A stretch of DNA of 63,966 nt from a virus. The DNA lies in IMG/VR virus record IMGVR_UViG_3300033112_000364, positions 1 through 63,966 of that record, one strand, 5' to 3'. Shown one piece after another: positions 1 through 8,767 of this stretch. The translations under genes and the position numbers were made by a program. How positions within the stretch are numbered: the stretch's first letter is position 1; every line of letters starts with the position of its first letter. The notes beneath the pieces are model-generated. The model was not told where the DNA came from. It saw only the letters and a list, made by a program, of their open reading frames with translations, and searched no databases.

Positions 1-55
1 TGTATTTGCTTCTGAACTTGTATCAGGAGTGTCGTATCTACCTTCAAGTTGTTCT
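1..55. repeat. Terminal overlap: bases 1-55 are identical to 63912-63966, a circular-closure signature (unique length 63,911 bp)
   Basis: Base-by-base comparison of both window ends. The reading frame of the flanking minus-strand ORF is preserved across the join. Confidence 0.95.
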
Positions 56-3000
56 TCTAATATGCTTGTAGTAACCCCATCACCAACGCCTCGATCTTCC
101 AGTTCTTGAATAAGATTAGAAATTCCACCCCATATAATTTCAAGTCCACCTAAATCAAGAACAAATGGATTTAGTTCCAATTCTCCTTCTTCAACCCTAA
201 CCAACGCCAATGACAATTCTTCTTCTATTTCTCGGAGTGTATCCAAATCCCAATCACCAGGCATATTAGGTAATTCTAAACTTGAATCTAAACCCGAATT
301 TTCAAGTGCATTTTGTGCGTCTCTAATTTGCCCAACTTCATTTTCTGTGAGATTACTCCAAAATGGTTCTCTATCTCGGATTATTTGCATTATGCGAGAA
401 TTCAATCTATCGCGAGTTTCGGGACCGGCATTAACGCTCTGATACATTCTATCCATTAAGTCCCAAAAGTTTTCTATTCTGCTTATGTGGAAATCATCAG
501 GGGTTAAATCCGCATATTCACGCAGATGACGCGTCAAATCAGTGCCAAGATGATCAGCTATAATTTCCAGTTCTGCTAAAACTGAATCACCTCGCTCTGC
601 TGGTTCGGTTTGTGTAGGTGAGGACAAGCTCTCATCGTTGAGAGATTCAACGTTGAGAGCTTCAACAACAACTTCTACTATTCTGTCAGCTCTGACCCGC
701 ATATTAGCATTTGTGGAAAGACTACGAAAAAGATCAATAACCCCACCCCAAGTAAATGTCCCATCTTCACCAAACCTCTCAATCAGATTGGAACGGTGAG
801 CTTCTGCTGCTATCAGCTCAGGCAACCAATAATCGACATAAGCCGTAGCGTTTTCTCTCGTCACATTTCCAACTACCAACTCGCCAGCATAGTTTCTTTG
901 TTGTTGTGTAAGTTCGCTTTCTGCTATGGTAGGGGGTGAGCCTTCCATTTCCTCAAGGGTTCTATCAATCGCATTAGATGCATTGTATAAGTTTTCATCG
1001 TCGAGATATTCACTTGCTTGTTCCCACGTTTCAATTGTATGGATCGTATTACTATTTTCTGCGTAATCTTCTCCAACACGATCTATTATGTACGCTTGAG
1101 GATTACTCCATGCCATTCCCCCTACATTCAGAGAACCTGTTGTGCCTTCGATATCAGGTGTAGGGACACCTTCTGCTTCGAATCTTGTTATCATAGGTTC
1201 TATATTTTCTCTGATAGTTTCAAGTTGATCCATGTAGTGAATATGTTGAAGACTCTCTCTACCACCGACAAAACGGTTGATTACATGAGTGCGATCTCGT
1301 TCAGGAACATTTGTGGTTTCAAAAAATGCAGCTAATTGCTCTCCAATATCTTGGAAGTGAACAAGTGGTAGCAACTCCAATTGGAACTCTGTGCGAAGAT
1401 AATTGCGTATGATATTTTCATAACGAGCTTCTGGCGTTTCTAATGAGATATGATGATCAATAACCTCACCAATTCTGCGGAGTGCGTTAAGATTTACGTC
1501 TTGGTTTCGCATCCTACTTACTTCTAAATCAGCAAGCCACCCTACCGCTTCAAGTGCATGCATAATATTAGACTGATCAGTTTCTGTGATGTGTCCCCAG
1601 AGGCTGTCAGGAGGGCTGGGTTCTGAATCTCTATAATATGGACGCTCTATGTAATCTACTATATCAATATCGGTCAAATCAGAATAGCTACTTTGGTCAA
1701 TATATGATTCACGCAAAAGGTCTATTACATTATCATAAAGACCATCCACATCGTAGTCATAACCGAATTGTTCGCCATAGTTGGTGAATAATTCCTGAAC
1801 CCTGTCTCCAATTGTGTTAACCATGTCTTCAAGTTCATCCTGAACTTCTTGACGTTGTTCTATGGCATGCTCTATATCCAATTCGCCATGATCTATGATG
1901 TATTGGTGAGAGTCGCGTTCAGATTCCAATTCTTCTAATTCTTCTCGAAGTTCTTCAATTGCAGCTTGAGTGTCATCGTATTCTGCCTGAAGTGCCTCTG
2001 CGGTATCACTATCGGGATCAAGGTCTGATAATTGTTCTTCTCTGCTATTTTGTAATGATTCCGAGTCTTCAATTCTGTCCTCTAATTCTTGTATTTCTTC
2101 TTCAAGAGGTTGTATGACATTTTCATATTCATGTTGTGCTTCACTGTCATAAATAACTTCATCGTCTCCGAATTGATCAATCCTGTCTTGGATTTCATCT
2201 AAATCTGATTCCCATGAATGCATGCGATCAAGAACTGCTTGGAAAGTAGTAGATTCATCTACTTCAGAAGTTCTATTGATACCGTCCGCGTCTACGTTGG
2301 GATCTGCGTCTGGAGTAGATGAACGCTCTGATGAGCGTTCTGTGATTTCTGCTTCATCTAACGCGTCCATGACAATTTCATTCAGTTCCACAACAAGCCT
2401 GAGGAATTCAGTTGGCAAATTCTGATAGTCAATAAGACTATCAACTCTATTCATGACTGTTTCCATGAATGGATTTTCACTCTCCATTTCAACATTAGTA
2501 GGGGGTCTACCAACTATATATTGAAATCGGTCACGTGCATAATCGTAGACATACTCGTTGAGATGCATTCTTGTATTATGTTCTTCTTCTTGTGCTTGAA
2601 TGCCTTCAATCCCACTGCTTTCATCCCCACTTTCAACCATTTCAATCCAACTCTCATAAACATCTATGAGGTTTTGTGCAGCTCTGCCTTGCACGGTTGT
2701 TCTAACAACTTCTGGTGTAGTTTGTCCTGGTGTGGTTGTTTGCGTAGCGGGTTGTGTAACGGGGCGTGTGGCTGGTTGTGTAAATTCAGGTGTTATACTA
2801 TCTGGTAATTGCCGTTGCAACACATCTAACAATTCTACTAAATTGTCATACAATTCAATTGCTTCATCATATCTCGTAGAACTGATTTCTGAAGTAGCTA
2901 AATCGCTTGACGCAAGTTCACGAGTTGCATGATCAGCTTCTTCATTGAAATACTCTATAAATCTATTTACAAGTTGATCTATAAAATTTATATTCCAAAG

Positions 3001-5775
3001 TGATGTATCTGTCCAACTTGGATCACCAAACGCATTCGCATTCAAGAATTGAACAGCTTCGTTGATTGTAGATAAATGCACATCAGAAAGCCCCTCATCG
3101 AGTTGACTTTCTCTATTAAATCCTTCAGGAGCTGAGCGAGGCGTGTCTGGTTCTTGATTCCATTCGTTCATTAAATTTTCAAATATAGTTTGTCGGGCTT
3201 CTATGGCATCAAAATTATTATTAGCCATATCTGCTTCTGCCAACTCAGTCTCTCTCTGATTCACTAAATCAATAAGTTCTTGCATTGACATTAAAACAGG
3301 TCTACCTCTACGGTGATCTGTAAAACGCTCGGTATCAGTATTAAATCTGCTACCGCTCATTCGCTCAAACCTATTAGACAAATCGTAAGTGTCAATGACA
3401 CTATTGAGTGTTCTTCTTGTTACGCCATGCGCGCCAGTTAGATGCAGTTCTGTATCAGCAGTAACAAAAAATGGATTATCAGGATGTGTTTGTTGAATAG
3501 GAACTCGGATTTCTCCTTCTCTGCGAAGTCTTTCTTGATCACCTTGAACGATCCTACGCACTTCGTTCATACTGCGGCTCGGGCGATATGTGCTTCCACC
3601 TTCACTTGCTGCGCCTCTTTCCCTTCCTCCCCTACTCTCTGCTATAATAAACTCATGCAGAAAATTTTCATGAGTAATGTAACGGTTCATCAAACCGAAC
3701 AAATGTTGTAGTCCTTCAGGAAAGCGTATGAAACCAGATGGAAGTCCGTGCCTCGATGGAGTTGTAGGAAATGGGGGACTGTCATCATCAGGATCATCAC
3801 TTATTGCTTTATTCAACTCTGTGGTGACAATTTGAAACATGTTGAGATGCCATTTCGAGATTGCATCCTTTATATTATTTATCTCTCTATTATCAGAGAT
3901 GTTTGTGATGTATTCTGGATACGGTATATTGATTTCACCTGAATTGATACCTCTAATAACTCTGTCTAATTCTTCAAGTAATCGGGTTTGTGCTTGGTCT
4001 CTGTTTCGCTCCATCGTTTGACGTGTAATTTCTTCACCCATTTGACGTGTAATTTCTTCACCCTCTCCTAACTGATCTCCATCTTCGGGGTCACCACCGT
4101 GAGACATCGGTGGTTCTTCCCATTCTGGTGCGGGGGGCGGCAATTCAGGATTTAGAGATCGTGTCAGATTTGAAATAAATTGCCCGTAGGATACACCTTC
4201 ATCAATCTGAACATCAGCTATATCGCGAGGAATATCAGCAATATCAGGGAAGCCTGGATCAGTATATGGATTTTCAGGTTCTGTTCTACGCATCGGATTC
4301 GCCCGTGGTGACGTTTCTGGTGGGTCTGATATATTGAATAGGGATTGAGCCTCAGGTGTTAGGTGAGGTCTCAAAACCTCGCTATCCTGACCACGCACAG
4401 TTGATTCAACCTTCTGACCGAACTCACTTTGGTCAAATGTGCCTGGTCTTTGCCACCTGTTATCCACATATTTTCTTTCATACCAGTCTCTGAAACCTTC
4501 ATAAGCCCGTCCCCCGATTTCAAATGGAAGTTGTTCGGGGTTCACATAGTCCGCAAACTTACCCATCGCACTCAAACCTTTTTGAAGTCTACCGAGTGTT
4601 TGTGGAGATGTTCCTTCACCTCGAAGTCCCTGTTTAATCCGAGTTCGGGCAATACCACTTGCCCCTGTCTGTCCGAGCATGCCAGCTGCATCGAGAGCAT
4701 GCACATAAACATCAAACGGGCGTTCTTCTAAAGTTTGTGCAAAAGTTTCGGGATCAAGCCACGCTGATGAAAATGATTCATAGTAGTATTGTAGAAGTGG
4801 TAGTAATGTGGGGGTGTTTTCTCTTGCCCATGCCAGGCGTGTGTTGAGTTGGTTGATCAATACCTGTTCATGTTCCAGTGAGTTTTCGCCATATTTTGCA
4901 ACCACCTTACCTACTTCCTGATCTTCTCGTTCCGCCATATCGCCAGTTCTGCGTAGACGCGTTCCAGTTGGAATACTCAACTGACCGAAAGGCGTACCAA
5001 CACTTCTAATATCGCCTACTTCTACACCGATGCCAAATTGTTCTTGAAATAATGCGATTTCTTTTAGAAGTGTTGGGGATTGCAATGCGAGAACTGGCAA
5101 TCCGATGACGGCATCTCCAAGCCCGGCTACAAAACTATCTGCTAATGCTCGTGGATCAGTGATTCCACGCCCGAAAGCGGCACCAAGACTAACAGATTTT
5201 CGCATACCATATTCGTCAAAAAGTTTATCGTAGGCTTCTTGTGTTTGTCCTCTTTTTCGTTTATATCCAGCCAACAGCTTTGCTTCTTCAGATTGATCGC
5301 GTAGATTTTCTCTGCGGAGCCTCATCGCATTTTCCCAATACTTCTGTCTGCTCTTGAGAGCATAATTTTGTGGACGCATGGGCGCGCCTTGCCACGGGAC
5401 ATCATGAGATCGTTCTTCTAAAGGCAGTTTGAGTTGGGCATCTATATGATCAAGGTAGGATTGATATTGTTTTGTTTTATCATCGCTATGTTCGCGATTC
5501 ACTTGTTCTGTTAATTGTGCTATTGTGTGATCGTAATATTCAAGAAAATCCAACAAGTCTTGACGTTGATTACCTCTTGACTTCAAACGCTCTTGGATAA
5601 GTTCCTGTAACCACAGATCATAATCCATGATCCGTTCTTCAGATTTGTCTGTATCGTATTGATCAAAGCGAACAGGGGCATCAGATTGCATCTTGCGTGC
5701 TGATCTACCAGATGCAATACTTGATGACCCACGTGGTTGAAATGGGTTGATTGAAGATGAGAAAGGATTTCTCAC
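1..5775 (-). CDS. Giant virion-module protein, N-terminal ~1,925 codons. The ORF runs off base 1 and continues at 63911 across the circular junction. Total is ~2,694 aa from GTG 5775, or ~2,666 aa from ATG 5691.
   Basis: I translated the minus-strand frame whose codons start at positions divisible by 3 and found no stop from 5790 down to base 1. The ORF track lists no minus ORF in 1-5700, as expected if the frame never closes inside the window. GTG 5775 overlaps the stop of ORF 5772..6218 (GTGA). The translation is acidic, looks helix-rich, and shows no catalytic motif I recognise. Confidence 0.8.
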   Translation of the reverse strand, partial: MRNPFSSSINPFQPRGSSSIASGRSARKMQSDAPVRFDQYDTDKSEERIMDYDLWLQELIQERLKSRGNQRQDLLDFLEYYDHTIAQLTEQVNREHSDDKTKQYQSYLDHIDAQLKLPLEERSHDVPWQGAPMRPQNYALKSRQKYWENAMRLRRENLRDQSEEAKLLAGYKRKRGQTQEAYDKLFDEYGMRKSVSLGAAFGRGITDPRALADSFVAGLGDAVIGLPVLALQSPTLLKEIALFQEQFGIGVEVGDIRSVGTPFGQLSIPTGTRLRRTGDMAEREDQEVGKVVAKYGENSLEHEQVLINQLNTRLAWARENTPTLLPLLQYYYESFSSAWLDPETFAQTLEERPFDVYVHALDAAGMLGQTGASGIARTRIKQGLRGEGTSPQTLGRLQKGLSAMGKFADYVNPEQLPFEIGGRAYEGFRDWYERKYVDNRWQRPGTFDQSEFGQKVESTVRGQDSEVLRPHLTPEAQSLFNISDPPETSPRANPMRRTEPENPYTDPGFPDIADIPRDIADVQIDEGVSYGQFISNLTRSLNPELPPPAPEWEEPPMSHGGDPEDGDQLGEGEEITRQMGEEITRQTMERNRDQAQTRLLEELDRVIRGINSGEINIPYPEYITNISDNREINNIKDAISKWHLNMFQIVTTELNKAISDDPDDDSPPFPTTPSRHGLPSGFIRFPEGLQHLFGLMNRYITHENFLHEFIIAESRGGRERGAASEGGSTYRPSRSMNEVRRIVQGDQERLRREGEIRVPIQQTHPDNPFFVTADTELHLTGAHGVTRRTLNSVIDTYDLSNRFERMSGSRFNTDTERFTDHRRGRPVLMSMQELIDLVNQRETELAEADMANNNFDAIEARQTIFENLMNEWNQEPDTPRSAPEGFNRESQLDEGLSDVHLSTINEAVQFLNANAFGDPSWTDTSLWNINFIDQLVNRFIEYFNEEADHATRELASSDLATSEISSTRYDEAIELYDNLVELLDVLQRQLPDSITPEFTQPATRPVTQPATQTTTPGQTTPEVVRTTVQGRAAQNLIDVYESWIEMVESGDESSGIEGIQAQEEEHNTRMHLNEYVYDYARDRFQYIVGRPPTNVEMESENPFMETVMNRVDSLIDYQNLPTEFLRLVVELNEIVMDALDEAEITERSSERSSTPDADPNVDADGINRTSEVDESTTFQAVLDRMHSWESDLDEIQDRIDQFGDDEVIYDSEAQHEYENVIQPLEEEIQELEDRIEDSESLQNSREEQLSDLDPDSDTAEALQAEYDDTQAAIEELREELEELESERDSHQYIIDHGELDIEHAIEQRQEVQDELEDMVNTIGDRVQELFTNYGEQFGYDYDVDGLYDNVIDLLRESYIDQSSYSDLTDIDIVDYIERPYYRDSEPSPPDSLWGHITETDQSNIMHALEAVGWLADLEVSRMRNQDVNLNALRRIGEVIDHHISLETPEARYENIIRNYLRTEFQLELLPLVHFQDIGEQLAAFFETTNVPERDRTHVINRFVGGRESLQHIHYMDQLETIRENIEPMITRFEAEGVPTPDIEGTTGSLNVGGMAWSNPQAYIIDRVGEDYAENSNTIHTIETWEQASEYLDDENLYNASNAIDRTLEEMEGSPPTIAESELTQQQRNYAGELVVGNVTRENATAYVDYWLPELIAAEAHRSNLIERFGEDGTFTWGGVIDLFRSLSTNANMRVRADRIVEVVVEALNVESLNDESLSSPTQTEPAERGDSVLAELEIIADHLGTDLTRHLREYADLTPDDFHISRIENFWDLMDRMYQSVNAGPETRDRLNSRIMQIIRDREPFWSNLTENEVGQIRDAQNALENSGLDSSLELPNMPGDWDLDTLREIEEELSLALVRVEEGELELNPFVLDLGGLEIIWGGISNLIQELEDRGVGDGVTTSILEEQLEGRYDTPDTSSEANT
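4017..4063 (-). repeat. In-frame 24-bp tandem duplication inside the giant gene (peptide GEEITRQM/GEEITRQT)
   Basis: tttgacgtgtaatttcttcaccc occurs twice with a 24-bp period (4017-4039 and 4041-4063). Confidence 0.9.
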
Positions 5776-6218
5776 GCTTGTGTTTTGCCCTCAACCCCTC
5801 TATTCTCTCTGTCTTTTTTCCTATCTTCAAGCCACCGCAAACCTGTTTCGAAATGCGTTCTCGCAACAGTGGTATATCGTGAAGGAAAGTTACCAGATTC
5901 AAAGCCACGCATTCTATGCACAAGAATTCTCGCGAGGTCTTCATCTGTCATGCCGTTGACAGGGTTTTCTTTACGCGGTCCCTCTTGCATGTCTACTTGA
6001 CCATGAACAACAAAGCTCGTTTCAACTTCAACTTCGGCTTCTTCATTAGCCTCTACTTGCTCTTTTGTCCTGCGTTTCTTTTTTTCTTTAGATTCTACCT
6101 TTCTAACTATATAGTGGTGACAGGCACCAGAAACGGCATCTGGTGGGTCTGTTGCTACAAGCTGAGTGTATTCATCTTCATGTAAAATTTCTTCATGATT
6201 AGTTTCTTGATCTTGCAT
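5772..6218 (-). CDS. hypothetical protein (148 aa)
   Basis: TAGGAG lies upstream of ATG 6218 and the stop overlaps the GTG of the giant ORF. It has an acidic N-terminus, a KEKKKRRTKE linker and a helical-looking C-terminus. No motif recognised. Confidence 0.7.
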   Translation of the reverse strand: MQDQETNHEEILHEDEYTQLVATDPPDAVSGACHHYIVRKVESKEKKKRRTKEQVEANEEAEVEVETSFVVHGQVDMQEGPRKENPVNGMTDEDLARILVHRMRGFESGNFPSRYTTVARTHFETGLRWLEDRKKDRENRGVEGKTQA

Positions 6219-6289
6219 TTTGTTCTCCTAATATGATAGCACATATCCGATAACGCATAATGCTATTAAAATCAAAAGTCCTATTTCTA

Positions 6290-8767
6290 TCATCGTAAAG
6301 GTTCAACTCTCCGAAATGGATTATCAACTCCAAATGGATTATTGGAATCAAAAATCGGTTTTGGTTTGTTTTGTTCACGCCTACCACGTTCTGTTGAGCG
6401 AGATGTTCGCATTGCTGCGCGAACTCCTACTTTCGGTCTAAATTTATTTTCTTTCATAAATGGAATTACCATGTATTCATTAGCTATCTTAAAATCTTCA
6501 GGAGTGACGGTTACCACCGTGCCATCCCTTTTTACAACATCCCAGCTATGCCCTTCTAACATCCATTTTCTACTTGCATCCGATTTAAGATAGTTATTCC
6601 ACCAACGCTCTCCAACAAATGCTGTTGTCATACCTGCGATTAGTGCAGCGTCTGTAAGCGAAAAAGTCCCCATGCCGACTTTGATACCACCATATCCACC
6701 GCCCATGAATGGAAGCATTGTGCTGATGTGATTCAGTAGTGATAGAAAACTCGGACTATGGACTAATCTATTTACAAATCCAGTAGGTGAGCCTTTTGTC
6801 CACCTACCTTCTTCAGAGAATTTTAATGCAAATTCACCAAGTGATGCAAGTTCTTTCGCCAATTCATCACCAAACAGATGTCGTAACCGATTTTTGTTAA
6901 CTTTATTGAGAGCTGCAATTTCAGATTTCAAACCACCCCAGCGAAAATGTTTTGTGCTACCATTCGCTTTATCGAGAAAACTCATAAGTAGACCTGGTTT
7001 GACCAAATCCCAACCGTTTTTACCCAAGATCACTTTCATATCTTGAATAAAAAACTTTGAAGTATTTTTGTTCAAGAGTTTATTTACAATGTTGTGAGGT
7101 GTGTCTAAATTTCTTCGGATGAATTTGCCAGCGGGTTTATCTTCCAAAATCAATGTTTCTGCATACTCTTTTTTCGCATCTTTGATTGTTTGTGTAAAAT
7201 CTGCTGGGAAATCTGATGGGTTCAGTGCATGTTCTGTTTCTACTAAATCGTAAAAATCCTCTGTTAATGTCTGATAAAGTCGCGACACAGGATCACCACT
7301 TCCGATCGGTTTTAGCCCAGCCTGATGAATTGCTTCCTCAAACTTTTGTCTGAACTCTGTACGAAACTGGTCAAAGTCTCTAATTGTCAATCCATCATTG
7401 GACAATCTGGCAAATGCTTCGCTCAACACTTGCTCTGCTATTTGAATAGATTGACGCGGACCTGAAGAAAGACGAGAGTGGTCATTTTTCAATTTATCCA
7501 ACTCGGCACGTGTTTTAGAAAGCAAAGGAAAAGTGTCAGGATCAATACGTAATTCAACATCTAATGTTTGTGCTATGTCCCCAAACATTTTTCTGAAGCT
7601 CGCATTTTTCCCAGTTTGCCAATTTTGGTATCGCTGTCTGATCGCCCCCCCAACCTCATCAATATCAAAAGTGTTGTTGACGGCAGAATCAAGACCACGT
7701 GCAATATCAATTTCACGATTTGTTATATCATCAAGTGTTTCAGAATATGCTTTTTCAGACCTCTCAAATCTTTGTTGAACAGGTATTGAATCTTCACCAC
7801 CCGTTTGGTGTCGTATCATCTCATTATGTTTTACTGTGGGATTTTCTGATAAAACAATAGCGGGCGTTTGATCTGCTACTGTACCGATTTTATCTGCCAT
7901 CTCTACTGGCGTTTGTGTGGTTTTTAATTTATCGCCAGTCTGCGTATCTCTACCATACACAGCGTTAAAAGGTTTGTTATAGTCTTCTTTAGCGAGATTG
8001 CGATTTTTCCACTTTGCCACTGCTTTTCCAAGCAGACCGCCAGCAACGAAAGGTGCTTCAACTGGATCAGTGTATGGCAAGATCATACCCGCTCTACGAG
8101 TTGCTCTTGCTGCTTTTCCAGTTCCTTTGATTTTCTGAAGGTGTTTGGTATAAGGTAGAACGGTAGAAAGAACACGAAAAGGACGCTCATATAAGGTATT
8201 GAGCAGTTTATCACTGTCTCCCCAAACTGAATATGATTCCCAAAGTATGTTGCCCAGCGTTGGTGCTTCTTCTGCTAATTTCTTGTATGCCTCATCACGC
8301 TGTTTGTAAATGTTTTTGAGAGTAGGATCATCCTTTCTATTTTGCCCAAGAAAACCAGTGCGAGTTCTGTAATGACTTTCAAGCTCCAAGACTTTTGTTA
8401 GAGCTTTGAAAATACCGCCCGGATTGTAGTTTATTTCAGTTATCATTTCTTCTGCAGCATGACCGAGATTGGCTTTTCTAATATCATCTAATTCTTCCCA
8501 AAAAGAGTTCCAAGCGTTTATTGTCCACCTTCCAAATGTTTTCTTTTCAGGGGTTCTTTGGGCATCAGGTATAGCACGGGATACCTTCTCATCTAAAAGT
8601 TGTTGAGTTGCATCGTCAATAGATGTATCTGTTTGTTCAGGTAAGGTGGGAACTTCTGAATCAGGGCGTGCAGCGGGCGTAGGTTGATTTTCGTTTGGCA
8701 CTGGAAGCGTTGGAACACCTTCAATATCTTTTAATAACTCATCAGTAAGATTGTCTATATCGTTCAT
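6290..8767 (-). CDS. large virion-module protein (825 aa), possible internal/ejection protein
   Basis: 4-nt overlap with the upstream ORF. Gly-rich hydrophobic stretches lie near the C-terminus (MLPFMGGGYGGIKVGMGTF, AALIAGMTTAFVG). The C-terminus carries tandem NPF (NNPFGVDNPFRRVEPLR). Confidence 0.5.
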   Translation of the reverse strand: MNDIDNLTDELLKDIEGVPTLPVPNENQPTPAARPDSEVPTLPEQTDTSIDDATQQLLDEKVSRAIPDAQRTPEKKTFGRWTINAWNSFWEELDDIRKANLGHAAEEMITEINYNPGGIFKALTKVLELESHYRTRTGFLGQNRKDDPTLKNIYKQRDEAYKKLAEEAPTLGNILWESYSVWGDSDKLLNTLYERPFRVLSTVLPYTKHLQKIKGTGKAARATRRAGMILPYTDPVEAPFVAGGLLGKAVAKWKNRNLAKEDYNKPFNAVYGRDTQTGDKLKTTQTPVEMADKIGTVADQTPAIVLSENPTVKHNEMIRHQTGGEDSIPVQQRFERSEKAYSETLDDITNREIDIARGLDSAVNNTFDIDEVGGAIRQRYQNWQTGKNASFRKMFGDIAQTLDVELRIDPDTFPLLSKTRAELDKLKNDHSRLSSGPRQSIQIAEQVLSEAFARLSNDGLTIRDFDQFRTEFRQKFEEAIHQAGLKPIGSGDPVSRLYQTLTEDFYDLVETEHALNPSDFPADFTQTIKDAKKEYAETLILEDKPAGKFIRRNLDTPHNIVNKLLNKNTSKFFIQDMKVILGKNGWDLVKPGLLMSFLDKANGSTKHFRWGGLKSEIAALNKVNKNRLRHLFGDELAKELASLGEFALKFSEEGRWTKGSPTGFVNRLVHSPSFLSLLNHISTMLPFMGGGYGGIKVGMGTFSLTDAALIAGMTTAFVGERWWNNYLKSDASRKWMLEGHSWDVVKRDGTVVTVTPEDFKIANEYMVIPFMKENKFRPKVGVRAAMRTSRSTERGRREQNKPKPIFDSNNPFGVDNPFRRVEPLR

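Noticed and set aside
1-55. Interpreting the 55-bp duplication as a genuine direct terminal repeat of the virion DNA
   Set aside because: It cannot be distinguished from an assembler overlap of k-mer length. Only circular closure is claimed.
4070-4135. The GGDPEDGDQ / GGDPADGDQ motifs in the giant protein as an RNA-polymerase DxDGD metal site, which would make it an N4/crAss-type virion RNAP
   Set aside because: The spacing is DxxDGD rather than DxDGD, and I recognised no flanking double-psi beta-barrel or T7-like polymerase motifs.
978-4847. About 15 plus-strand ORFs of 60-105 aa listed by the track in the first 5 kb
   Set aside because: They are Cys/Phe/Leu-rich low-complexity shadows antisense to the continuous minus-strand giant ORF. 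None has an RBS or a recognisable motif.
5705-6387. Overlapping ORFs 5705..5944 (-), 5747..6185 (+ set) and 6199..6387 (-)
   Set aside because: They overlap the better-supported genes 5772..6218, 6290..8767 and the start of the giant gene, and they lack RBSs.
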